DNA from: Mustelus asterias
Lineage: Eukaryota
DNA: 64,000 nucleotides
Assembly: GCF_964213995.1 (NCBI RefSeq)
Contig: NW_027590154.1
Location: forward strand, 434,001-498,000
Direction of reading: 5' to 3'
The translations under genes and the position numbers were made by a program. The notes below the pieces were generated by a model. That model saw only the letters and a program-made list of their open reading frames with translations. It was not told where the DNA came from and made no database searches. Each line of letters opens with the position of its first letter. Within the stretch, counting starts at the first letter, position 1. This document shows positions 23,935-36,575 of this stretch, one piece after another.

Positions 23935-25225
23935 TTTGATTTGATTTATTGTCACATGTATTGGGATACAGTGAAAAGTATTGTTTCTTGCGCGGTGTAC
24001 AGACAAAGCATACTGTTCATAGAGTACATAGGGGAGTAGGAAAGGAGAGAGTGCAGAATGTAGTGTTACAGTTACAGAAAGGGTGAAGAGAAAGATCAGC
24101 TTAATATGAGGTAGGTCCATTCAAAAGGAGGAGGCTTTGGAGAGGGTACAGAAAAGATTTACCAGGATGTTGCCTGGTATGGAGGGCATTAGTTATGAGA
24201 AGAGGTTGGAGAAACTTGGTTTGTTCTCACTGGAACAACGGAGGTTGAGGGGTGAACTGATAGAATTCTACAAGATTATGAGGGGCATGGACAGAGTGGA
24301 TAGTCAGAAGCTTTTTCCCAGGATGGAAGAGTCAATTACTAGGAGGCACAGGTTTAAGGTGTGAGGGGTGAGGTTTAATGGAGATGTTTGAGGCAAGTTT
24401 TTTACACATAGTCATAGAGGTTTACAGCATGGAAACAGGTCCTTTGGCCAACTTGTCCATGCCACCCTTTTTTTAAAAAACTTCTAAGCTAATCCCAATT
24501 GCCCGCATTTGGCCCATATCCCTCTATGCCCATTGTACCCATGTAACTGTCTAAATGCTTTTTAAAAGACAAAATTGTACCCGCCTCTACTCCTACGTCT
24601 GGCAGCTTGTTCCAGACACTCACCACCCTCTGTGTGAAAAAATTGCCCCTCTGGACACTTTTGTATCTCTCCCCTCTCACCTTGAACCTATGCCCTCTAG
24701 TTTTAGATTCCCCTACCTTTGGGAAAAGATATTGACCATCTCGCTGATCTGTGCCTCTCATTATTTTATAGACCTCTACAAGATCAACCCTCAGCCTCCG
24801 ACGCTCCAGAGAAAAAAGTCCCAGTCTATCCAGTCTCTCCTCATAACTCAATCCATCAAGTCCTGGTCGCATCCTAGTAAATCTTTTCTGCACTCTTTCT
24901 AGTTTAATAATATCCTTTCTATAATAGGGTGACCAGAATTACACACAGTATTCCAAGTGTGGCCTTACCAATGTCTTGTCCCACTTCAACAAGACATTCC
25001 AACTCCTGTATTCAGTGTTCTGACCGATGAAACCAGGCATGCCGAATGCCTTCTTCACCATTCTGTCCACCTGTGACTCCATTTTCAAGGAGCTATGAAC
25101 ATGTACCCCAAGATCTCTTTGTTCTGTAACTCTCCCCAATGCCCTACCATTAACTGAGTAAGTCCTGCCCTGGTTCAATCTACCAAAATGCATCACCTTG
25201 CATTTGTCTAAATTAAACTCCACCC
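23935..25225. mobile_element. Stack of LINE fragments: Rex1-like 3' end (-), CR1 (+, 24130-24405), CR1 (-, 24405-25225)
   Basis: ORFs 24137-24364, 24489-24893 and 24939-25229 translate to CR1 ORF2 C-terminus. Confidence 0.85.
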
Positions 25226-25699
25226 GCAAGTGGTTCTGATGTTACAGAAAAATAACTTGGCAATAATAGTCAATTACAGCAAATCAGAAACCAGGAATGT
25301 TTCTAATCCTTCATTGACGGACATATTCGCTAATTAAATCCTAGCTTTTCACCCTTTCGCATTCGATGAAAAATTGACTCCTGCTAATCTTTTATTTGCA
25401 TAGCATATCCCCATATCTCGCCTTTGGTATTTGTTATGGAGAAATCTGGCCTTGCTCACCCTCTGGTGAAGGCCGAAAAGCAGAATGTTCTGGGGCCTAC
25501 GCAGGTGAAGATTAGCCTGTTCATGCTGAAATAGCAGACACTGACTCCTTTGAAGGTCTGCAAGCCGATAAACATTTTCACTCGCTGTTAAAGAGAAGGC
25601 AGGAAACTTTAATCTGAGCATTTCCACATAGTCAGCCCTGCTTCGTGCATGTGTTAGAGTGGGCCAAGGCTGAGGCAGCTGTCGTATATATATTTATAG

Positions 25700-25880
25700 A
25701 GAGAGAATAGATGAACATTTCGAGTCTGGATGACCCTTTGTCAGAACTCTGATGAAGGGCCATCCAGACTTTAAATGTTGGCTCCATTCTCTCTCCACAG
25801 ATGCTGTCAGACCTGCTGACATTTTCCAGCATTTTCTGTTTTTGTTTCAGATTCCAGCATCCGCAATATTTTGCTTTTAT
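25700..25880. mobile_element. Small Penelope-like repeat (second family) with inverted hammerhead-like ends
   Basis: Palindrome ...gatgaccctttgtcag/ctgatgaagggccatc...; body cagatgctgtcagacctgctg shared with 8975, 18190, 40110, 46230, 47190 and 47690. Confidence 0.6.
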
Positions 25881-26894
25881 ATGTATTTATATATCCAAAT
25901 GTGCTATGTTAACAAAATGGACAGTTACTAACCGAAACATAAAGCATCATGTGATTTAGCTGACTTGACCATATTCCTATAGTTATTCAGTCATTAAAGA
26001 CACAGTCATGGAGCATTAAACTTGCCAAGCAGGGTCCCTTGTATCAGCACACAGGCCGCTGCTTTGTGAGACTGCGAGCAGAACAGACAAGTCAGAGATA
26101 AGAGTGTCTTGAGAAGAGAGATTCATTGTGAAGGATCAGGGACAGTTGATAAGATGTAGGAATTCTATGATTCTAATGAACATTCTTTCCTCTCTCATTT
26201 CCCAAAAGCTGTAAATCTCCATCCCACACACTCTCCCTCCATTCTCACTCTGCTGTATCTAATATTCACCCTCCCAGTTCTCCTGAAGGTGCTGATTGAG
26301 GCTGATTAACAGATCCATGCTCACTGCTTCCTGTCCTGGACACAGAAATCATAAGAAACAGGAGCTGCAGTTGGCCATTCAGCCCATCGAACTGCCTCAA
26401 CCATTCATTGAGAATTGGCTGATCTACCACAGCATCATTTCCCACGCTATCCCCCAGATAGAGAGAGAATAGAGCCAATGTTTCGAGTCTGGAGAGAGGA
26501 AAGAATGTTCCATAGAAACTAGAATTGTGTGTTCTGAATTTCTATCCTGCACTGACACTGATGATCTCTGTAAACTTGTTTTACAGGATATTGAAAGAGG
26601 AATCACAGGCCGAAATCTCAAACGTTGTGTCTAGACCTGACAGAGTCATATTCCTTGGGACCTGAATATCATCGGCCTTTGAATCGAGGAGAAATGGTTG
26701 TCCGGTCTGATGACTTGAAAAGATTTCAAACATCAGTGTGACTGGAAAAGTGCCAACACACTGCCAGACTGGAGTGAGTGTGTTCCAGTGCACTGAGCTT
26801 GAACCAGTTACACAGCCTGAATAAATATCACACCATTCACAGCAGGGGTGTGGACGAGTCTTCAACTGAAGAGAGAGGCAAGGACACCTGCACC

Positions 26895-27821
26895 ATGGAG
26901 AAACCATGGAAATGTGGGGACTGTGGGAAGAGATACAGATACCCATCTGATCTGGAAGCTCATCGGCGCAGCCACACTGGGGAGAGGCCATTTACTTGCT
27001 CTCACTGTGCGAAGGGATTCAGTCAGTTATCCAGCCTGCGGACACACCAGCGAGTTCACACTGGGGAGAGGCCATTCACCTGCTCTCAGTGTGAGAAGGG
27101 ATTCACTGATTTATCCACCCTGCGGACACACCAGCGAGTTCACACTGGGGAGAGGCCGTTCACCTGCTCTCAGTGTGGGAAGGGGTTCAGTCGATTATCC
27201 AGCCTGCAGAGACACCAACGAGCTCACACTGGGGAGACACCATTCACCTGTTCTCAGTGTGGGAAGGAATTCACTCGGTCATCCAGCCTGCAGACACACC
27301 AGCGAGTTCACACTGGGGAGAGACCGTTCACCTGCTCTCAGTGTGGGGAGGGATTCACTCGGTCATCCAGCCTGCGGACACACCAGCGAGTTCATGCTGG
27401 GGAGAGGCCATTCACCTGCTCTCAGTGTGAGAAGGGATTCACTGATTTATCCACCCTGCAGAGACACCAGCGAGTTCACACTGGGGAGAGACCGTTCACC
27501 TGCTCTCAGTGTGGGAAGGGATTCACTGATTTATCCACCCTGCGGAGACACCAGCGAGTTCACACTGGGGAGTGGCCGTTCACCTGCTCTATGTGTGGGA
27601 AGGGGTTCAGTCAATTAGCTAAGCTGGAGACCCACCAGCGTGTTCACACTGGGGAGAGACCATTCACCTGCTCTCAGTGTGAGAAGGGATTCACTAGTTT
27701 ATTCACCCTGCGGAGTCACCAGCGAGTTCACACTGGGGAGAGGCCGTTCACCTGCTCTCAGTGTGGGAAGGGATTCAGACTTTCATCCCAGCTGCTGAGA
27801 CACCAACAAGTTCACAAGTGA
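26895..27821 (+). CDS. C2H2 zinc-finger protein, 11 fingers (ZNF-F)
   Basis: gcaccATGg MEKPWKC start at 26895; uninterrupted finger array; acceptor ttttacag|g at 26586/26587. Confidence 0.9.
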   Translation: MEKPWKCGDCGKRYRYPSDLEAHRRSHTGERPFTCSHCAKGFSQLSSLRTHQRVHTGERPFTCSQCEKGFTDLSTLRTHQRVHTGERPFTCSQCGKGFSRLSSLQRHQRAHTGETPFTCSQCGKEFTRSSSLQTHQRVHTGERPFTCSQCGEGFTRSSSLRTHQRVHAGERPFTCSQCEKGFTDLSTLQRHQRVHTGERPFTCSQCGKGFTDLSTLRRHQRVHTGEWPFTCSMCGKGFSQLAKLETHQRVHTGERPFTCSQCEKGFTSLFTLRSHQRVHTGERPFTCSQCGKGFRLSSQLLRHQQVHK

Positions 27822-28759
27822 TTCCAGGGGTTGGATTCTGCTGTTATTGTTTCTGCTCTCAATTACAGGATTTCTGTAATTGATTTCTGTAATTTCTGTA
27901 ATCTATTGTCTCTGCTCTCAATTACATCCAGGATTGCATTTTGTTCATTCTCACAGTTGGTCAATGGGGAGGGTCGGAGGGTTTCTTTCTGCTGGACTGG
28001 CCGGTCTCATGACTTTGCCTCCAGTGGGCTGATGCTCTTTGAGTCTTGTTGCAAATACCTGGTTTCAGATTTCACAAGGATCACAGAGTGACAGGGTGTT
28101 AGGAAGTTCAGAGATATTTCGTCAGCATTTCTGTTTGAAACCTTCCAATGCCCATCCAATTTCCTTTGTAATTGTTTATTGTCTCCACTTCCTCCACCCT
28201 CGTAGGCAGCGAGTACCAGGTCATTACCATTCGCTGCATCAAAATATTCTTCCTCACATCCCCCCTTCCTCTCTGACCCAAAACCATAAATCTGTGACCC
28301 CCTCATCCTTGTCCTGTCAGCTAATGGGAACAGCTTTTCTTTGTCCACCTTATCTAAACCTGTCAGAATCTTGTCCACCTCTATCAAATCTCCCCTCAAC
28401 CTCCTTTGCTCCAAGGGGAAGAGCCCCAGCCTGACATTGACAATAAAGAACAAACTCACAGAATATGTTAATACCTGAAATCAAATGGGAATGTTGAATT
28501 TCTGTTTTAAAGAAATCATGAATATATTGTCCTGTACAATAAAGGGATTTGAATAACTCAGCTTGGGTGCAGTTGAATGAAATGTATCAATCTGGTATCC
28601 ACCCACAGTCCCGAGGAAGTGTGGAATGTGTAGCTGGAAATCCCTCCCTAACAGCACTGTGGTGTACCTACACCTCAGGCATGATAGCAGTTCAGGAAGG
28701 CAGTGTTGGTGCTGATCGTGGGCGAGGCAGCGACAAACAGCCACATGTCCTGTTATAAT

Positions 28760-29205
28760 TGTAAGTTTCAATCTGAAGCTCATTGGACAACTTCCGCATT
28801 GAGCAGGCCCGGGCGCCCGGACACGGGAGCCCCGCCCCCACCCTATATTCCCCCTCCCCCTGCACCTCTTCCAGCCACGGTTTCCAGGCAACCAGCTGGC
28901 GGTTCCGGCCAGAGCGAGAAGCCGCGCGGTGACTGCGCATGTCCAAGGGAGAGGGGAAGATGCGCGTGTTCGGGGGAACCAACCTTTTGACCTGCAGGCT
29001 GAGGTGTTGGCCAATGGAAAGTTGGAGGACCGGAAGTTCACTGGTCCTCCAGCCAATCAGAGCGCCCCCATTGTCTGAATGCGGAAGTGGACAATGAGCT
29101 TGTTCAGCTGCTCATTCCTGCCCAGCAAAGTTGCTGCTGCTGCTCTCTCTCAATGAAGATTGAGCTTCAGACAGACTCAAACTTCCTCCTGTCTCTCCAA
29201 CATCT
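28760..29205 (+). promoter_or_regulatory. CpG-rich promoter (type B) and first exon of ZNF-G
   Basis: GC box, NRF1 tgcgcatg, CCAAT twice, ETS cggaagt; donor ct|gtgagt at 29205/29206; inverted paralog of 41480-42100. Confidence 0.75.
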
Positions 29206-29814
29206 GTGAGTAAAATACTTTCTTTTCTCCCCCTTTCCATTCTTTTCTCATTCTGGGGGAAATTGGGGACTTGCAGCAACTGAAGGAAAAGGAAGTGAAT
29301 CCAGGGAGGCTGCATACTCTGGAAAGGTTGGCCCAGGTCTCTCTCTCTCTCTCTTAAAGACATTTGCTCCCTCAGCTTGACACATTGATTTGTCTGGCTA
29401 AAAGGTCCCTTTCCTAGTGTTCACAATTAAAGGGCTGGTTTCCCCAGGAGAAGGCTGACATTTAAAAGAACAATAAATTAATATAGGACAGAGATATGCC
29501 TAGTGTTGTTATATTGTAGATTTGATATATTATTTATGGTTCTGTAACAAAGTACGTTTATTATTATTTCTCGTTTTGTAATGTAGCACTGAAGCAATGT
29601 TATATATTTTCATTCATCGAGTCATTACAGCGCAGAAGGAGTCCATTCAGTAACTCGAGTCCATGCTGACTCTCTGTAGAACAATCCAGTCAGTTCCATT
29701 CCCTTTCTATATTCCCGTTCCCCTGCAACTTTATTTCCTTCATGTGCCCATCTAATTTCTGAAATATATTAAAGGGGACAGTAAACTAATATCGGACAGA
29801 GACGTGTCTGATGT

Positions 29815-30185
29815 TTTTTTATTCATCCTTGGGACACGGGCATTGCCGGCTGGGCCAGCATTTATTGCCCATCCCTAATTCCCCTTGAACTGAGTGGCTC
29901 GCTCGGCCATTTCAGAAGCTGGTTGAGAGTCAACCACATTGCTGTGGCTCTGGAGTCACATGTAGGCCAGACTAGGTAAGGACGGCAGATTTCCTTCCCT
30001 AAAGCACATTAATGAACCAGATGGGTTTTTTGGTCAATCGACAATGGTTTCATGGTCATCAGTAGATTCTTAATTCTAGATTTTGTTTTTAAATTCAAAT
30101 TCCACCATTTGTTGTGGCGGGATTCGAACCTGGGTCCCCATTAGCTAAGTTTCTGGATTAATAGTCTAGTGATAATACCACGAGG
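29815..30185 (-). mobile_element. tRNA-derived SINE
   Basis: Reverse complement of the 3680-4052 family, B box at 30120-30130. Confidence 0.8.
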
Positions 30186-31498
30186 CTTTCAGCTCCCCTG
30201 TTGTTATATGGGACAGATTAGATATATTATTTATAGCTCTGTAATAAAATACACTTATTATATCTGGCTGTGTAATTTTGGACTGCAGCTATATTATATA
30301 TTTCCAACAATCTCTTCCCTCAGAGAATTGTTAGTATCTAGATTTCTCTTCCATAGGGACCAGTGGAGGGATTGAATATATTCAAGGATGAGTTGGACAG
30401 TTTGTGAATGACAAGGGAGTCAATAATTATTGGGAACGGGCTGGAAAATGGAGAGAAAGCTCAGATGAGGAAGGATTTCATCACTGAAGGATGTGGTGAT
30501 GTTTTGGATTCTCTACCCCAGAGGACGATAGAGCCTCAGTCATCAAGAATTTTCAAGAGAGGGATTGATAGGTTTCTAGATATTGAAGATATCGATGGAT
30601 ATGGGGGACAGTGTGGGGAAAATAATGCAGAGGTAGATCAACCAATAATCTCAATGAATGGTTGAGCAGACTCGATGGGCCGAATGCTGACTGCAGCTCC
30701 TATTTGTTCTGATTTCTGTGCTGGACAGGAAGCAGTGAGCATGGATCTGTCAATCAGCCTCAATCAGCACCTTCAGGAGAATTGGGAGGGTGAATATTAG
30801 ATGCAGCAGAGTGAGAATGGAGGGAGAGTGTGTGGGATGGAGATTCACAGCTTTTGGGGAATGAGAGGGGAAAGAATGTTCATTAGAATCATAGAATTGC
30901 TGCATCTTATCAACCGTCCCTGAGCTTTCACAATGAATCCCACTTCTGAGGACACCCTTATCTCTGACTTGTCTGTACTGCTGGCAGTCTCACAAAGCAG
31001 CTGCCTGTGTGCTGATACGGGAGGCCCTGCTGGGCAGGTTTAATGCTCCATGACTGTGTCTTTAATGAATGCTCCATAGAAACTAGAAATGTAGATTTGA
31101 ATTTCGATCGTATTCTGAATTGCGATGTTTTTTCTAAATTGACTTACAGGATATTAGACGAGGAGAAATCAGACAGAAATCTCCAACATCACATCGAGAT
31201 CTGACAGAGTGACTCGATTTCTTGGGATCTGAAATCATCGGCCTTTGAATCGAGCAGGAGAAATGTTTGTTTGGCCTCTTGGCTTCAAAAGATTGTAAAC
31301 ATCGCTGTGACTAGAAATGCACTGAGATACACACACCCGAGTGAGAGTGTTCCAGTGCACTGAGTGTGGAAAGAGCTTTAACCAGTTACACAGCCTGAAA
31401 ATACATCGCAGCATTCACAGTGGGGAGAGACTGTACCCGTGTTCTGTGTGAGATTTAACTGATTGTTTAACCTGGAGAGTCACAAGGACACCCGCACC

Positions 31499-32779
31499 AT
31501 GGAGAAACCGTGGAAATGTGGGAAGGGATTCAGGTTCCCATCTGAGCTGGAAATTCATCAACACAGTCACACTGGGGAGAGACCATTCACCTGCTCTGTG
31601 TGTGGGAAGGGATTCACTGACTTACCTAATCTGCAGAGACACCAACGAGTTCACACTCGGGAGAGGCCATTCACCTGCTCTGTGTGTGGGAAGGGATTCA
31701 CTCAGTTATCCAGCCTGCAGAAACACAATCTCTCTCACACCAATGAGAGACCCTTTAAATGCTCTGACTGTGGGAGTGGTTTCAAAAGCTCTCGGGAACT
31801 GATGATCCACCAGCGCATTCACACCGAGGAGAGACCGTTCAGCTGCTCTCACTGCACAAAGAGATTTAGAACATCATCCCACCTGCGGGAGCACCAACGA
31901 GTTCACACCGGGGAGAGACTGTTCACCTGCTCGGTGTGTGGGAAGGGATTCACTCATTCATCAAACCTGTGCAGACACAATCTCACTCACAGCAATGAGA
32001 GACCCTTTAAATGCTCTGACTGTGGGAGCGGATTCAAAAGCTCTCATGGACTGATGTCCCACCAGCGCATTCACACTGAGGACAGACCGTTCAGCTGCTC
32101 TCACTGCACAAAGAGATTTAGAACTTCATCCGAACTGCGGAGACACCAGCGAGTTCACACCGCGGAGAGGCCGTTCCCCTGCTCTGTGTGTGGGAAGGGA
32201 TTCAGTCAGTCATCCAGCCTGCAGAAACACAAAGCCACTCACTCCAATGAGAGACCATTTAAATGCTCTGACTGTGGGAATGGATTCAAAAGCTCTCAGG
32301 ATCTGATGTCCCACCAGCGCATTCACACTGAGGAGAGACCGTTCAGCTGCTCTCACTGCACAAAGAGGTTTAGAACATCATACAGCCTGCTGAAACACCA
32401 TCGAGTTCACACCGGGGAGAGACCATTCACCTGCTCGGTGTGTGGGAAGGGATTCACTACTTCATCCCACCTGCGCAGACACAAAGTCACTCACACTAAT
32501 GAGAGACCGTTTAAATGCTCTGACTGTGGGAGCGGATTCAAAAGCTCTCAGGATCTGGTGTCCCACCAGCGCATTCACACTGAGGAGAGACCGTTCAGCT
32601 GCTCTCACTGCTCAAAGAGGTTTAAAAGGTCATCCAGCCTGAGGGAACATCAGCGAGTTCACACTGGGGAGAGACCATTCACCTGCTCTGTGTGTGGGAA
32701 GGGATTCACTACTTCATCCATCCTGCTGAGACACAAAGCCACTCACTCCAAGGAGAGACCCTTTAAATGCTGTGCCTGA
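31499..32779 (+). CDS. C2H2 zinc-finger protein, 14 intact plus 1 degenerate finger (ZNF-G)
   Basis: gcaccATGg start; repeating CSVC-CSDC-CSHC finger triplet; acceptor ttacag|g at 31149/31150; decayed fingers continue after the stop to 33159. Confidence 0.88.
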   Translation: MEKPWKCGKGFRFPSELEIHQHSHTGERPFTCSVCGKGFTDLPNLQRHQRVHTRERPFTCSVCGKGFTQLSSLQKHNLSHTNERPFKCSDCGSGFKSSRELMIHQRIHTEERPFSCSHCTKRFRTSSHLREHQRVHTGERLFTCSVCGKGFTHSSNLCRHNLTHSNERPFKCSDCGSGFKSSHGLMSHQRIHTEDRPFSCSHCTKRFRTSSELRRHQRVHTAERPFPCSVCGKGFSQSSSLQKHKATHSNERPFKCSDCGNGFKSSQDLMSHQRIHTEERPFSCSHCTKRFRTSYSLLKHHRVHTGERPFTCSVCGKGFTTSSHLRRHKVTHTNERPFKCSDCGSGFKSSQDLVSHQRIHTEERPFSCSHCSKRFKRSSSLREHQRVHTGERPFTCSVCGKGFTTSSILLRHKATHSKERPFKCCA

Positions 32780-33244
32780 GAGGCCGGCTTCAGAAGCTCT
32801 CAGGAACTGATGATCCCCGAGCACATTCACACCGGGGAGAGGACGTTCAGCTGCTCTCACTGTTCAAGGAGGTTTAGAATATCACCAACACTGCTGAAAC
32901 ACCAGTGAGTTCACACCGGGGAGAAACCATTCACCTGCTCGGTGTGTGCGAAAGGATTTACTCAGTTATCCAGCCTGCCCAGACACAACATCATCACACC
33001 CAGGAGAGACTCTTTAAATGTGGGCGTGGCTTCAAAAGCTCTCGGGGACTCGTGTCCCACCAGTGAGTTCACACCAGGCAGAGGCTGGTCACCTGCTCTG
33101 ACTGGGAAGGGATTCACTCAGTCAGCAAACTTGGTGAAACACCAGTGAGTTCACAAGTGATTACAGTTCTGGGATTATTCTTGTGAATCTTTCTTGCCCC
33201 TTCTCCAGTGCCTCTATTTCCTTTTTCTAAATGGAGATCACAAA

Positions 33245-34430
33245 TAGAACGTAGAACAGTACAGCACAGGAACAGACCCTTCAGCTCACCATGTTGTGTC
33301 AAACATGATGCCAAATTAAACTATTCCTTTCTGCCTGCCCTTGGTCCATATTCCTCTATTCCTTGCATATTCATGTGCTTATTTAAAACCCCCTTAAACG
33401 CCCCTATCGTATCTGCCTCCACCACCATCCCTGGCAGCGTGTTCCAGACACCTACCACTCTCTGTGTAAAACAACCTACCTCTCACATCTCCTTTGAACT
33501 TTCCCCGTCTCACCTTAAGTGCATGCCCCCTGGTATTAGACATATCAACTCTGGGGGAAAAGATTCTATGTCTCTCATTTTATAGACTGCTATCAGGTCT
33601 CCCCTCACCCTCCACCGCTCTCGAGAAAACAACCCTCGTTTGTCAGTCGCTCACACCCTCCAGTCCAGGCAGCATCCTGGGAAACCTCTTCTGCACCCTC
33701 ATCAAAACCTCTGCATCCTTTCTGTAATGTGGCGACCAGAATTGAACGCAATATTCTAAGCACGGCCCAAACAAACTTTTATAAAGCTGCAACATGGCAT
33801 GCTGACTCTTGTACTCAATAAAGGCAAGCATGCCATATGCCTTCTTTAGTGACTAAATATTTGTGTGGCTAATTTCAGGGAGCTCTGGACTTGAACCCCA
33901 AGATCCCTCTGTACATTAACTGTATACTTATCCTTAATATTTGATCTCCCAAAGTGCAGCACCTCACACTTGCCCGGATTAAAATCCATCTGTCATTTCT
34001 CTGCTCATATCTGCAGCTGATCTACATCCCACTGTATCCTTTGACAGCCTTCTACACTATCTACAACTCCATCGAGCTTTGTGTCGTCTGCCAGCTTGCT
34101 AACCCACCCATCCACGTTTTCATTCAAGTCATTGATATATATCACAAATAGCGCAGGTCCCAGTACGGATCCCTGCAGAACACCACTAGTCATGGACCTC
34201 TAGCCAGAAAAACACCCTCCACCGCTATTCTCTGACTTCTATGGGCAAGTCAATTCTGAATCCAAGCGGCCAAGTCACCGTGAATCCCATGCATCTTAAT
34301 CTTCTGGATGAGCCGACCATGAGGGACCTTGTCGAAAGCCTTACTAAAATCCATGTTCACAACATCCACTGCTCTACCCTCATCGATCACCTTCGTCACC
34401 TCCCCGATAAAATCGATCAAGTCAGTAAGA
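33245..34430 (-). mobile_element. CR1 LINE RT/3' fragment
   Basis: Minus-strand [14 protein letters not shown] and LEYCVQFWSP remnants; tail at 33245. Confidence 0.85.
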
Positions 34431-35059
34431 TGTTGACGGTGCTCCCACTGCAGTCCTGTGATGAAAATATAGACTGGTTGGTGAAATGTAGATAACAGGT
34501 AGAATTGATATCTAATGAGGACTTTATACTTTAGAATTGAATACAGGGCTCATTGTTACTAACGGGGAAAGAAGGGTTAAAACCCTTACCCAGAACCCTT
34601 TTCACACACACGTGGACATCTCTGAATCTGACGCACACCAAATGGAACGTTACACAAGGGGCTGGAATTCACTGGAATTTCTTAACAACCTTTCAATAGA
34701 AATGTCCTGGTACCGACCGTGACAAAGGACACAACAGACAGCAAGAACCAGGAGAAACCTTTAACCCAGAGAATGTTAATCACCTTGTTCAGGACACCGG
34801 TGCCAGGCACAGGAGGATCCCAGGAAAAAAGGAACATTCAATTTCTGTCTGTTTCACAATTCTAAATGACTGATTCTTTAACATCGGAATGTTTAAAAAC
34901 AGCATTGTGATATTCCAAGGTCAGTGTGTCTGGGAAAGGCGCACACTGATGTGTTTTTATTTTAAACAGGAGGATCCATTGAAAAGCAGCTCTGGACGAT
35001 ACGAGCACCTCCTGACCTTTCAATTCATTTCAAATCACCCATCACTTTCCGTGGAATAT

Positions 35060-35440
35060 TCTTTATTCTTTCCTGGGATGTGGACACTGCTGGCAAAGCC
35101 CCAGCACACGTTGCTCAGCTCCTAATTGCCCCTGAACGGAGTGACTTGCTCAGCCATTTCAGAGGGGGAGTTAAGAGTCACCCACATCGCTGTGTGGGTC
35201 TGGATTCACATGTAGGCCAGACCGGGTAAGGATGGCAGATTTCCCTCCCTGATAGGGAGCATGAAGAGGGTGAACCGGACGGGTTTTTACAACAATGAAT
35301 GATAGTTTCATGGTCACCGTTTCTGAGACTAACTTTATATAATTCCAGATTGATTCACTGGATTCAAATCCCACCAGCTGCCTGTCCCCAGATCCTTTGC
35401 TGGGTCTCTGCATTACTCGGCCAGCGACATTCCCACCACC
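35060..35440 (-). mobile_element. tRNA-derived SINE (degraded)
   Basis: Similar to 29815-30185. Confidence 0.7.
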
Positions 35441-36575
35441 TCCCCCTGAATGGAATATTCCACAGACCCTCAGTTAAACAGGAAGGAGAAAAGAGAAAGG
35501 CTTTGACCTTTGGATGACCTCATCACGAACTACAGAAACCTTAAAGCTGACCATTCTGTAAAAAATTTAAAACTTAATTTTTATAAAACACAGAGTAAGA
35601 AACAGGTGAAAAGTAACGATGGACGTTCCGACTGACATCAGAAACATTGATTGACCGGATAAACACTCACTACATCACAGAGCGATCCTCAACCATTAAA
35701 GAATTGACCCACAATAAGGAATGAGAGAGCCTTATAAAAAGGGGCAGGAGTTTACACAGAGAGGCAACACCCACAGCTGTTCAGGATGATGGAATTCAGT
35801 TCAGGAAGGGGATAAAGTGAGAAGCTTTTGTGATTCAAGGCAGAAGTATTGAACAATCTGGAATCAGTGCTTCTCGAGCTTGCTGACTCGCCGAACACTT
35901 CAATTAATCTCATCATAAAAACTCCCAGTGTAAATAACATGGATTTGACTGACAAATGTTGAAGTGTTGATTTGGACCCACAAGTTTTGACTTCCCATTT
36001 GAGCCTGGGGCACCTTTCTGTCTCTCTGTTGCTCATGTCAATGACAGTCAGGCGATGGAGCTGAGGGCTGAATTTAGCTGCAAATAACGGGGCCTGCGCC
36101 CCAGTTGGGAAACTGCCCTGGGCGTTGCACTAATAGAGAGACAGGAAGGTGCTGGAGAACTGACTGGGAAATGGGCCTCCAACCAATCAGGGCACCGGAG
36201 GAGGTGACCAGGGCTGATGGTGATGTGACCCCCGGGGTTCAGTGTCCCTGTGTCCAAAGCGGGGAGTCGCGGGAACAGGGTACAGAGGAGCTGAAGAGAA
36301 ACCATTTGTGTCCAGAACATTGTGAACATCCCTTTACTCTGGTTGTCTTTGATCCTCAAGTCATTTTCTGTTTGTTTTAACCATGTTCTGTTTCATTAAT
36401 AGACTTTTATCAGTAAAAATATTTGATTTTTCTGGACATTTCCTGATGAGATTGATGCACTTTAGAGAAAGTGGGTGAGAGGGGTTGGCAGGCTCTTTAA
36501 CAGAAAGTGAGTCCCTCTAAGGTAATTGGCAAAGGAACCAGAGGGGGAGATGGGATTTTATTTTTGACTCAGCGA

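Noticed and set aside
26848-27618. Overlapping alternative-frame proteins (also 38974-39681 and similar)
   Set aside because: Shifted frames of homogeneous finger repeats are often stop-free; they lack an ATG start and any independent coding signal.
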